The position numbers were made by a program, and so were the translations under genes. The notes below the pieces were generated by a model. That model did not search any database and was not told the DNA's origin. It saw nothing but the letters and a program-made list of their open reading frames with translations. A DNA stretch of 64,000 nt from Candidatus Giovannonibacteria bacterium (lineage in GTDB: Bacteria; Patescibacteriota; Minisyncoccia; UBA11713; 2-01-FULL-45-33). The stretch is taken from contig JACOXN010000009.1 of NCBI GenBank assembly GCA_016176295.1, forward strand, positions 3,798 to 67,797, in the 5' to 3' direction. Positions 25,527 through 33,652 of the stretch are shown piece by piece; position 1 is the first letter of the stretch; each line of letters starts with the position of its first letter.

Positions 25527-26036
25527 ATGAAAAAAATTGGAAAAAAAGGTTTTACTTTGATAGAACTCTTGGTGGTTATCGCCATTATCGGTATTTTGGC
25601 TTCGGTTGTCTTGGCTTCATTGAACAGCGCGCGGATGAAATCGCGCGATGCCAGAAGAATTGCGGACCTCAACCAGATAAGATTGGCCTTGGAATTAAGG
25701 GCCGACGCCAACTCTGCCGAATATCCAGATGACATTTACGCCGCTTCACCGAACGGCCTTGCCCCGACCTACATTGCCGTGGTTCCGAAAGACCCGAATG
25801 GCGCCAACTATAAGTACGACAACTTGGATGCCGCAGCAGGAGGCGCATGCGCAGTGGCAGATGTAGTAGGTTCATGTTTGTATTACCACATGGGCGCGGT
25901 GCTTGAAGAAGCAACGAACAAGGCTTTGACCACAGATGTGGACTTGGCTGTAGCAAACTTCGGTTTTGCCGGGCTCAGCACTGATTGCGGCACAACAGAT
26001 GGCGCTACTGACAATTGTTATGACCTCGCCCCGTAA
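25527..26036 (+). CDS. type IV pilin (likely major pilin)
   Basis: KKGFTLIELLVVIAIIGILASVVL. It has its own promoter region and a terminator on each side. Confidence 0.85.
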   Translation: MKKIGKKGFTLIELLVVIAIIGILASVVLASLNSARMKSRDARRIADLNQIRLALELRADANSAEYPDDIYAASPNGLAPTYIAVVPKDPNGANYKYDNLDAAAGGACAVADVVGSCLYYHMGAVLEEATNKALTTDVDLAVANFGFAGLSTDCGTTDGATDNCYDLAP

Positions 26037-26068
26037 TTCCTCGTAAGCTAATTCAGAACTCAAAACAT

Positions 26069-26116
26069 CCGGCATCGCCTCCGCCGTTTGGCGGATGGCG
26101 GAGCCGGGTGTTTTTG
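26069..26116 (+). terminator. GC-rich hairpin terminator after the pilin gene
   Basis: CCGGC...TCCGCC-GTTT-GGCGGA...GCCGG followed by GTGTTTTTGTG. Confidence 0.55.
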
Positions 26117-26137
26117 TGTAGATTTTTTACCCCACAT

Positions 26138-26158
26138 GATAGAAGTCCGACTTCTCTC
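26138..26158. repeat. REP family 2 palindrome, copy a (3' flank of RAYT-2)
   Basis: GATAGAAGTCCGACTTCTCTC, 8 nt from the RAYT-2 stop. Confidence 0.8.
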
Positions 26159-26165
26159 ACTTCTC

Positions 26166-26858
26166 TTATTCTGCTTTTTTCTCCAATGCAATATCATCTA
26201 AATCTTCAATATTTCCGTCTTTAAGCCACTGAATAATGTTGTTTTTATATTGTTGTGGAGTTTCAAAGACCTCTTTGAGTAATTTATTATCAATAATCTC
26301 AAAAAAATTATTTTTTCCAATATAATATGGATAACTAGACCAGCGATAGGATTCTAAAAAACTTACGGTCTGATTTAAATTCTTGACATTAGCTTGTCTC
26401 ATTTTAGGTAAGTTTATTCCAATTGGGTTTAGATGAATGTAATGTGGTAAATACATAAAATATTTATCATCCTTGATTAACGCGCATTTATATTTTCCTT
26501 GAAATAATGGGCCGACTCTTTTGTATCTGAGATTAAAATAATTTGTGTAACCGGTTCCTAATTTGCGGATAAACTCTGTTATTCCATTTTCGGCTATCTG
26601 TTTTACCATCAGGTGGTAATGATTTGGCATGAGAACAAAGGCAAGAATTTCCACCAACTTCTCCCTATCTTTTGATAGAAGTCCGACTTCTCTCACGTTA
26701 CTTTTACGGTTGCCGTTTATAAAAGGGTATGTATCATTAAAGACATATAAACCGCGCATAAATCTTTCCCGATCTAAATCATCAAGAAAAATTTCTCTCT
26801 TTTCTACTCCTCGGTTAAATATATGATAAATTTCGTCAATTGCCGGTTTTACTCGCAT
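26166..26858 (-). CDS. REP-associated tyrosine transposase (RAYT), copy 2
   Basis: YHIFNRGVEKR, HUH motif MPNHYHLMV, GTGYTNYFNLRYKRVGPLFQGKYK and Tyr in LPHYIHLNP. I set the start at ATG 26858 (MRVKPAIDE), because the upstream ORF extension is just the translated REP. Confidence 0.8.
   Translation of the reverse strand: MRVKPAIDEIYHIFNRGVEKREIFLDDLDRERFMRGLYVFNDTYPFINGNRKSNVREVGLLSKDREKLVEILAFVLMPNHYHLMVKQIAENGITEFIRKLGTGYTNYFNLRYKRVGPLFQGKYKCALIKDDKYFMYLPHYIHLNPIGINLPKMRQANVKNLNQTVSFLESYRWSSYPYYIGKNNFFEIIDNKLLKEVFETPQQYKNNIIQWLKDGNIEDLDDIALEKKAE
26674..26694. repeat. REP family 2 palindrome, copy b, inside the RAYT-2 coding sequence
   Basis: GATAGAAGTCCGACTTCTCTC, identical to copy a. It is translated on the minus strand as ..VREVGLLSK.. 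Confidence 0.8.
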
Positions 26859-26871
26859 GGTAGGAGTATAT

Positions 26872-26892
26872 GATAGAAGTCGGACTTCTATC
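26872..26892. repeat. REP family 2 palindrome, copy c (5' flank of RAYT-2, between RAYT-2 and pilD)
   Basis: GATAGAAGTCGGACTTCTATC, part of the perfect 23-nt palindrome TGATAGAAGTC-G-GACTTCTATCA. Confidence 0.8.
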
Positions 26893-26935
26893 AAGAGCTT
26901 TAATTCATGCTAGAGTAATGAGGTATAATATATTT

Positions 26936-27715
26936 ATGCAAATACTTTTTGGATTTATTGTTTTTATATTCGGCACCATTATCGGGAGTTTTTTGAACGT
27001 TGTGCTTTTGAGAAAAAATACCGGCAAATCGCTGGTTTTTGGCGGTTCGAAATGCTTTTCCTGCGGAAAGAACTTAAGTGCCAGAGAGTTGATTCCCATT
27101 TTGAGTTTTCTCCGGCAAAGGGGGAAGTGTTTTCATTGCGGCTCTAAAATATCATGGCAGTACCCGCTGGTTGAGTTTTTGACGGGCTTAATCGCAATCT
27201 CTGTTTATTCCCAGGTCGGTCTCGGTTTTTCCATGGCTTTTTACTTCGTCGCATTTGCCGCGCTCTTTTTGGTGTCGGCTTATGATTTCAAGCACAAGAT
27301 AATCGATTCGCAGCTTTTATATATTTTTGGAGCTTTTGCAGTTGTCGTTTTTTTTCTCCGCGGAAATTATTTAAGCGACATTATTTCCTCCGCCTCCATC
27401 GCCTTGTTTTTCTATCTTCTCTGGTTTTTTTCCGGTGGGAAATGGATGGGGAGGGGAGATACCGATGTTTCTTTTTTTATTTCGCTTTTTCTTGGTTTTC
27501 CCTTGAATTTGTCATCAATAATTCTCAGTTTTTGGATAGGAGGCATTTGGGCGATAATTCTTCTTTTACTTAGCCAGATTGAAAGGCGTTTTATTTCGCG
27601 CCGATTCCATTTAAAAAGCGAAATTCCGCTGGCGCCATTTATGGCGCTTGCCGCGTTCTTCTCCTGGTTTTTTTCATCACCGCTCTTGTTTTTATTGGAC
27701 AAATTATTTTTTTAG
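26936..27715 (+). CDS. pilD: prepilin peptidase PilD (A24 family)
   Basis: GSFLNVVLLR, Cys pairs CFSCGKNL...CFHCGSKI, and the aspartyl-protease region GRGDTDV. ATG 26936 is preceded by TATAAT-N7. Confidence 0.85.
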   Translation: MQILFGFIVFIFGTIIGSFLNVVLLRKNTGKSLVFGGSKCFSCGKNLSARELIPILSFLRQRGKCFHCGSKISWQYPLVEFLTGLIAISVYSQVGLGFSMAFYFVAFAALFLVSAYDFKHKIIDSQLLYIFGAFAVVVFFLRGNYLSDIISSASIALFFYLLWFFSGGKWMGRGDTDVSFFISLFLGFPLNLSSIILSFWIGGIWAIILLLLSQIERRFISRRFHLKSEIPLAPFMALAAFFSWFFSSPLLFLLDKLFF

Positions 27716-27745
27716 ACCGGCAGGCTTTCCGAAAGAGCCTATTTT

Positions 27746-27754
27746 TGCTATAGT
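27746..27754 (+). promoter_or_regulatory. extended -10 box (TGcTATAGT) 6 nt upstream of the ileS ATG
   Basis: TGCTATAGT tttgct ATG. Confidence 0.45.
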
Positions 27755-27760
27755 TTTGCT

Positions 27761-30700
27761 ATGGCAGAGGAGAAAAAAGAGCCGGAAGGGTTTTCATTTC
27801 CGCGGATGGAAGAGGAAGTTATTTCGTTTTGGAATAATAACAATATTTTTGAAAAAAGCGTGCAAAAAAGGAAATCCCGCGGGAAAAAGAGCCGAAAAGA
27901 ATTCATCTTTTTCGAGGGTCCTCCTACGGCGAATGGAAAACCCGGAGTGCACCACGTGGAGGCGCGATCTTTCAAAGACATAATTTTGCGTTATAAAACT
28001 ATGCGCGGCTATCATGTTCCGCGCCGCGCCGGTTGGGATACTCACGGCCTTCCGGTGGAAGTGGAAGTTGAAAAAGACCTTGGTTTGAGAAGCAAAAAAG
28101 ATATCGAAGAATACGGGGTCGCGGCATTCAACAAAAAATGCCGGGAATCGGTCTGGCAGTATAAGGAGCTTTGGGAAAAAATGACGGACCGCATGGGTTT
28201 CTGGATAGACATGAAAAAAGCCTATGTAACATACGAAAATTCTTATATCGAATCCCTTTGGTGGATAATAAAAGAATTCGCCAAAAATAAATTTTTATAC
28301 GAGGACTTCAAAGTGCTTCCCTGGTGCGCGCGATGCGGTACGGCGCTCTCTTCTCACGAGCTGGCGCAGGGATATGAAAAAATAAAAGAGGAATCAGTTT
28401 ATGTGAAATTTCCCGTGAAAGGCGGAGGAGGCAAATTGAGTTTTCTCGCCTGGACCACGACTCCTTGGGCCCTGCCGGGAAACACCGCTCTTGCTGTAAA
28501 CCCGGATATAAATTATGTTTTCGCGAAAATAGGTGACGAAACCCTTATTTTGGCCGAATCGCGCATTCAGCTATTGGATGAGTTTCATCCTGAAATTTTG
28601 AAAAAAGTGAAAGGCAGTGAACTCAAAACTATTGAATATGAAGCTTTGTATCCCTTGCCAGAAGTAAAATACAGAGTAGTGACGGGCGATTTTGTTTCCG
28701 TCGCGGACGGCTCCGGCATCGTACACATTGCTCCCGCGTTCGGAGACGATGACTTTCAGCTTTCCAGAAAAGTTACGCTCAGTATCTTGTTTACGACCGG
28801 CGAAGATGGCCGCATGATAACTCCGGGCAAACCCTGGGACGGAAAAAAATTTAAGGAAGCAAATCCGGTCATCATTGAAAATCTGAAAGAAAGAGGACTT
28901 TTGTTTAAAATCGAAACCTACGAGCACGATTATCCTTTTTGCTGGCGGTGCAAATCGCCGCTCATGTATTTTGCGCGGAAAGCCTGGTGGGTGGACGTGA
29001 ACAAGGTACGGCCTAAATTAATCGCGAACAATGATGTTATTAGTTGGCATCCGGAACATATAAAGCATGGCCGGTTCGGGGAATGGCTGAAAGAAGAAAA
29101 GAATTGGGCTTTTTCAAGAGAAAGATATTGGGGAACTCCTCTTCCGGTCTGGAGATGCGCCGCTTGCGGAGAATGGGAAGCTTTAGGCTCGATAGCAGAG
29201 CTGAAAAAAAGAAGCGTTGTTTCCGGGAACCGCTACATTATAATGCGGCACGGGCAAGCGGAAAACAATGTTCTTAAATTGATAAACAGCGACCTTTCAA
29301 AGAACCATTATAAATTAACGCCGAAAGGGAAAAAAGAGATTGAGACATCCATAAAGAAACTTAAAAAACAAAAAATAAAGCCGGATGTAATATTTGCTTC
29401 TCCTTTTTTAAGAACGAAACAGACCGCGGAAATGGTGGCGGAAGCTTTAGGTGTCTCTGCGCAAAACATCAAGTTTGATGCCAGGCTCGGAGAAGTTAAC
29501 ACCGGTATTTTTGCCAACGGATTTCCCGGAAAGTATCACGAATATTTTGCTAACCGCGTGGAAAAATTCACAAAGACCCCGCCGGATGGAGAGAATCTAA
29601 CCGACATAAAAAAAAGGTTTTGGGCGGCGATTTCGGAAGCGGAGGCGGAATATAAAAATAAAACCATTTTAGTCGTGAGCCATGAGTACACGCTTTGGAT
29701 GGCGTGGACCGCTTTTTTGGGGTATTCCGATGAAGAATCATCGGCGGAAAAGGAAAAAAGAGGCAAGGATTTTCTTAAGACTGCCGAATTTATGGAAGTT
29801 GAGTTGAGTCCGATTCCGCGCGATGAAAATTTAATTTTGGATCTCCACAAACCTTACATAGACGGAGTGAAGCTTACATGCAGGTGCGGAGGGGAAATGG
29901 CGAGAGTTAAAGAGGTGGTGGATGTATGGTTCGATTCAGGCTCAATGCCTTTCGCCCAGGATCATTACCCTTTCGATACCAATAAACCGGCATATCCCGC
30001 TGATTATATAACCGAAGCCGTGGATCAGACACGCGGCTGGTTCTATAATTTGCTCGCGGTAGGGACGCTTTTGGGTAAAGACGCTCCTTATAAAAATGTT
30101 ATTTCCCTGGGCCATGTGCTGGATACCAAAGGAAAAAAGATGTCCAAATCACTCGGGAACATAGTGGAACCTTTGCCGCTTATCGAAAAATACGGCGCGG
30201 ATCCCGTGCGCTGGTATTTTTTTACCATTAATCAGCCGGGAGACCCGAAGCTTTTTAAGGAAGATGACATAAAAGACACCCAGCGCAGATTTTTCATGAT
30301 ATTCTGGAACATTTTCCAATTTTGGAAACTGTATTCTTCCGGGCGGCCGGACCGCCATGGGGCGGTGCGGCCGCCAAAAACTAACTTGCTCATCAACCAA
30401 TGGGTTTTAACGAGGCTTTCTGCCGTGCAATCGGATGTAACCGGCAAACTGGAAGCTTACGACATTGTGGGAGCGGCGCGCGCGCTTGAGAGTTTTGTAA
30501 CGGAAGACGTTTCGCGCTGGTACGTAAGGAGAATAAGAGGCGCAATTAAAGACCCGAAAAAATCCAAAGAAATCGAAGCGGTTTTGCGGCATTTACTTTC
30601 CGAAATTTCTAAACTTTTGGCTCCTTTCGCCCCGTTCATTTCGGAGAAGGTCTGGTTGGAACTCGGGAACAAGCAGAGCGTCCATTTGGAGGACTGGCCG

Positions 30701-31201
30701 TCGATAAATCGAAAAATAGATGCCGAGCTCATTGGTACAATGGGACTTGTCAAGACGTATGCGGCAATTGCATTAAAAATGCGTTCAGAAAAAAATATTA
30801 GGGTACGCCAACCGCTGAAAAGATTTTCTATAAAACATAGCGGCGAGGCGCCCAAATATTGGAACGAGCTTAAAGATATTCTTAAAGACGAAATTAACGT
30901 TAAAGAAGTTATTTTAGAAAAAAATAAAAGTCAGGACGAGTCTCCATGTGAACTTGATATCAATATTACTCCAGAACTTCGTGATGAAGGAATGCTTCGC
31001 GACTTCATCCGTGAGATTCAGGCCGAAAGAAAGAAGGCCGGGCTTACGCCCAAAGACAAGGTCAATATCACGTTGGAGGCGGACGAAGAAATATCCCGCA
31101 TCGTGAGAAAAAATATGGCGGCTATTCTGAAGGAAGTGAGCGCGAAAGATATTTCCGTAAAAATTTCACCGGAAAAGAAGATCACTTTCGGAAAGCATTA
31201 A
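27761..31201 (+). CDS. ileS: isoleucyl-tRNA synthetase carrying an internal histidine-phosphatase (PGAM-like) domain
   Basis: HIGH-type PPTANGKPGVHHV, KMSKSLGN and WFDSGSMPF. The insert is at about aa 483-690 and has RHGQAENN, SPFLRTKQTAE and VVSHEYT. Confidence 0.9.
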   Translation: MAEEKKEPEGFSFPRMEEEVISFWNNNNIFEKSVQKRKSRGKKSRKEFIFFEGPPTANGKPGVHHVEARSFKDIILRYKTMRGYHVPRRAGWDTHGLPVEVEVEKDLGLRSKKDIEEYGVAAFNKKCRESVWQYKELWEKMTDRMGFWIDMKKAYVTYENSYIESLWWIIKEFAKNKFLYEDFKVLPWCARCGTALSSHELAQGYEKIKEESVYVKFPVKGGGGKLSFLAWTTTPWALPGNTALAVNPDINYVFAKIGDETLILAESRIQLLDEFHPEILKKVKGSELKTIEYEALYPLPEVKYRVVTGDFVSVADGSGIVHIAPAFGDDDFQLSRKVTLSILFTTGEDGRMITPGKPWDGKKFKEANPVIIENLKERGLLFKIETYEHDYPFCWRCKSPLMYFARKAWWVDVNKVRPKLIANNDVISWHPEHIKHGRFGEWLKEEKNWAFSRERYWGTPLPVWRCAACGEWEALGSIAELKKRSVVSGNRYIIMRHGQAENNVLKLINSDLSKNHYKLTPKGKKEIETSIKKLKKQKIKPDVIFASPFLRTKQTAEMVAEALGVSAQNIKFDARLGEVNTGIFANGFPGKYHEYFANRVEKFTKTPPDGENLTDIKKRFWAAISEAEAEYKNKTILVVSHEYTLWMAWTAFLGYSDEESSAEKEKRGKDFLKTAEFMEVELSPIPRDENLILDLHKPYIDGVKLTCRCGGEMARVKEVVDVWFDSGSMPFAQDHYPFDTNKPAYPADYITEAVDQTRGWFYNLLAVGTLLGKDAPYKNVISLGHVLDTKGKKMSKSLGNIVEPLPLIEKYGADPVRWYFFTINQPGDPKLFKEDDIKDTQRRFFMIFWNIFQFWKLYSSGRPDRHGAVRPPKTNLLINQWVLTRLSAVQSDVTGKLEAYDIVGAARALESFVTEDVSRWYVRRIRGAIKDPKKSKEIEAVLRHLLSEISKLLAPFAPFISEKVWLELGNKQSVHLEDWPSINRKIDAELIGTMGLVKTYAAIALKMRSEKNIRVRQPLKRFSIKHSGEAPKYWNELKDILKDEINVKEVILEKNKSQDESPCELDINITPELRDEGMLRDFIREIQAERKKAGLTPKDKVNITLEADEEISRIVRKNMAAILKEVSAKDISVKISPEKKITFGKH

Positions 31202-31738
31202 ATGGCCTCGGAATATTTTAAAACAGAAGGTCTGGTAATGAAAAAGTTCCTTTGGGGCGAGGCGGATTTTCTCGTGCGTGTTTTGACGCGCGACTTCGGA
31301 AAGATCGATATTCTGGCTAAAGGGGCGCGGAAGACCAACTCAAAACTTAATTCGCACTTGGATGTTTTGAACCATATCCGTCTTTCTTTTATCAGGAATG
31401 GCGACAACATACCCACATTTACCGACGCGGATATTTTATCGGCGAATGGCCGCTGGTTCGCGGATGCAGTTTCCTTCAAAGTATCGGGAAAAATTACCCG
31501 TGTTTTGGACATGGTGGTGCCGATTGGAGTGGCGGATGAAGTCCTGTTCTTTCTGGCTCTCGGTTTTTTTGGAAGGGAATATCCCGATATGGAAAAAGCT
31601 TCGCTGAATTTTCTCAGCAGTTTTCTGGCACACGAAGGTTACAGCGAGGCCGTCGGCATATCGCAGTCGTCTTTGGAGTCATTGCCCCATAACGTTTCAG
31701 AGGCTATAATCAAATTATGGCCGGTCTTGATGATTTAA
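31202..31738 (+). CDS. recO: DNA repair protein RecO, short form (178 aa)
   Basis: TEGLVMKKFLWGEADFLVRVLTRDFGKIDILAKGARKTNSKL is a RecO N-terminal OB-fold signature. No C-terminal zinc-finger region is present. Confidence 0.65.
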   Translation: MASEYFKTEGLVMKKFLWGEADFLVRVLTRDFGKIDILAKGARKTNSKLNSHLDVLNHIRLSFIRNGDNIPTFTDADILSANGRWFADAVSFKVSGKITRVLDMVVPIGVADEVLFFLALGFFGREYPDMEKASLNFLSSFLAHEGYSEAVGISQSSLESLPHNVSEAIIKLWPVLMI

Positions 31739-33645
31739 GGAAAAGGCTTTATAAGAAGGAGGAAAATTTTGGGGAACGGATGGTTTCGCCGGATCTTAAC
31801 CGTCCCACGCAGGGGCGGAGAATTGCCTGGGAAAGCGAAACAAATTCCGCGCAGGCGCCGAAAAAAAATTCTAAAATATTCTGGGGTTCGGTAACCGGGC
31901 TAGTATTTCTCATTACTGCTCTGCTTTTTGTATACTTTTCCGGTTTTTCCTCGATATTCAAACTGCAATCGCTCGATGTTTTTTTGACGGGTGAAAAAGA
32001 GATAAAAAGCGGGGGACTTACCGTTTGGGAAGTGAAAGTAACCAACAACAACACCGTCCCCGTGCAGGATGTTGTCATAATTTTCAATTATCCGCCGGAT
32101 GCCACCCCAGGTTCTTCCAAAGCAAAAGTGGTGACAGGACTCTCTTCCAATGAAAAAGTTTTTCGCGAGAGAAGACCGATAGGGGTTTTGGCTCCGAACG
32201 AAACCATATCGGAGAGTTTCGACGCTTTCGTTTTCGGCAAGGCTGGCATGACCGCAGAAGTTTCGGCCGTAGTCGAGTACCGCCCGGAGGGCGCGAGCTC
32301 CGTTTTTGCCAAAGACGGTTCTTTTTCTTTCCATGTGGGGCGTTCTCCTATATCGGTTTCTTTCGATATGCCGGAGGAGATACGCATCGGGCAGAATGTC
32401 GAGTTCAAAGTTAGTTATATTTCTCAGGCGTCTCAGTCGATAGACGACCTTTTTTTGAAATTGACTCTTCCCACTGATTTTGAGCTCGGCTCCGCTTCGC
32501 CTCTTCCCTTAACAAAAAATTACCCGGTGGAGCCCGGTCCGCGGGACAGGATTTGGAAACTGGAAAAGTTGGAACCCGCTAAAGGAGGCTCGATTGCGCT
32601 TTCCGGGGTTATTTCCGGCTCTGAACTGGAACCTAAGAATTTCAACGCAGTTATCGGAGTTCTGGACAAGCGGTCCGGAGAATTCCTGACATACGACGAA
32701 TCGTCGGAGGTCGTTATACTGCGTCCTCTTTTTTTGGAAGTCAGCATGCTTGTAAACGGTGCCAAGGAACATATTTCAAGCCCCGGTGGGAGCGTTATAG
32801 TCAGAATAAATTGGCGCAACAATCTTCCGACCACGGTCAATGATGCCATTTTAGAGGCGCGCCTGGAAGGCTCCGCCATCGATCTTAAAACTGTAAGAGC
32901 GGACAACGGTTCATACCGCCAGTCGAGCGGCAGTATCATCTGGAATGCGGCCAGTTACGAGCCTTTCAGAAATATGGAGCCGGATGACAACGGATCTGTG
33001 GAGTTCACTTTTAAGACCGCAAGCGAACTTTCTTTAAGCTCCACCGATAAGCGGCCGGTTATTAAAATAACGGTAATTCTCAAAAATGGTCTCGATGTCG
33101 CGGGGTTTGAAGGCGTGGACGTCACCGGCACGAGAGTTGTTGAGATACCCGTTTCTTCGAAACTACAGGTTTCCTCACGCGGACTTTACTCAAATTCTTC
33201 AATACCGAACACTGGGCCGCTTCCTCCGAAAGTCGGCGTTGAGACGACCTATTCGGTGGTCTGGTCGCTTACCAACATGACGAACGATCTTGAAAAAGTA
33301 AAAGTTGGAGCCGCGCTCCCGCCTTACATCACATTCAAAAATGTGATTAGCCCCCCCAACGCTGACGTTAAATACGATAAAAATACCGGCGAGGTGACAT
33401 GGAATGTCGGCAGAATTTCGGCCGGCACGGGATTCGTAAAGCCGGCGGTGCAGATAACTTTTCAGATTGGGCTTATCCCGTCATTGGACCAGGTTGGGTT
33501 TACGCCAACTCTTGTAAACGAGGCCATAACGACGGGGAAGGATACTTTCACCAAGGCCGACCTCTCATCGAAAGACCAGAAAATAAGTACATCGCTCACA
33601 GGCGACCCGAGTGTTGGTTTTAATCAAAGGAACGTAACTCAATAA
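31717..33645 (+). CDS. membrane-anchored extracellular protein with beta-sandwich (CARDB/DUF11-like) repeats
   Basis: 642 aa with an N-terminal TM helix (VTGLVFLITALLFVYF). It has repeated segments of the type VWEVKVTNNNTVPVQDVVIIFNYPPDA. The family call is tentative. Confidence 0.5.
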   Translation: MAGLDDLRKRLYKKEENFGERMVSPDLNRPTQGRRIAWESETNSAQAPKKNSKIFWGSVTGLVFLITALLFVYFSGFSSIFKLQSLDVFLTGEKEIKSGGLTVWEVKVTNNNTVPVQDVVIIFNYPPDATPGSSKAKVVTGLSSNEKVFRERRPIGVLAPNETISESFDAFVFGKAGMTAEVSAVVEYRPEGASSVFAKDGSFSFHVGRSPISVSFDMPEEIRIGQNVEFKVSYISQASQSIDDLFLKLTLPTDFELGSASPLPLTKNYPVEPGPRDRIWKLEKLEPAKGGSIALSGVISGSELEPKNFNAVIGVLDKRSGEFLTYDESSEVVILRPLFLEVSMLVNGAKEHISSPGGSVIVRINWRNNLPTTVNDAILEARLEGSAIDLKTVRADNGSYRQSSGSIIWNAASYEPFRNMEPDDNGSVEFTFKTASELSLSSTDKRPVIKITVILKNGLDVAGFEGVDVTGTRVVEIPVSSKLQVSSRGLYSNSSIPNTGPLPPKVGVETTYSVVWSLTNMTNDLEKVKVGAALPPYITFKNVISPPNADVKYDKNTGEVTWNVGRISAGTGFVKPAVQITFQIGLIPSLDQVGFTPTLVNEAITTGKDTFTKADLSSKDQKISTSLTGDPSVGFNQRNVTQ

Positions 33646-33652
33646 ATATTGT

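Noticed and set aside
26870-26935. Upstream starts for pilD (MIEVGLLS...) and for RAYT-2 (MIEVRLLS..., start at 26894).
   Set aside because: Both extensions are simply the palindromic REP copy read on the two strands. The conserved protein sequences begin at 26936 (pilD) and 26858 (RAYT-2).
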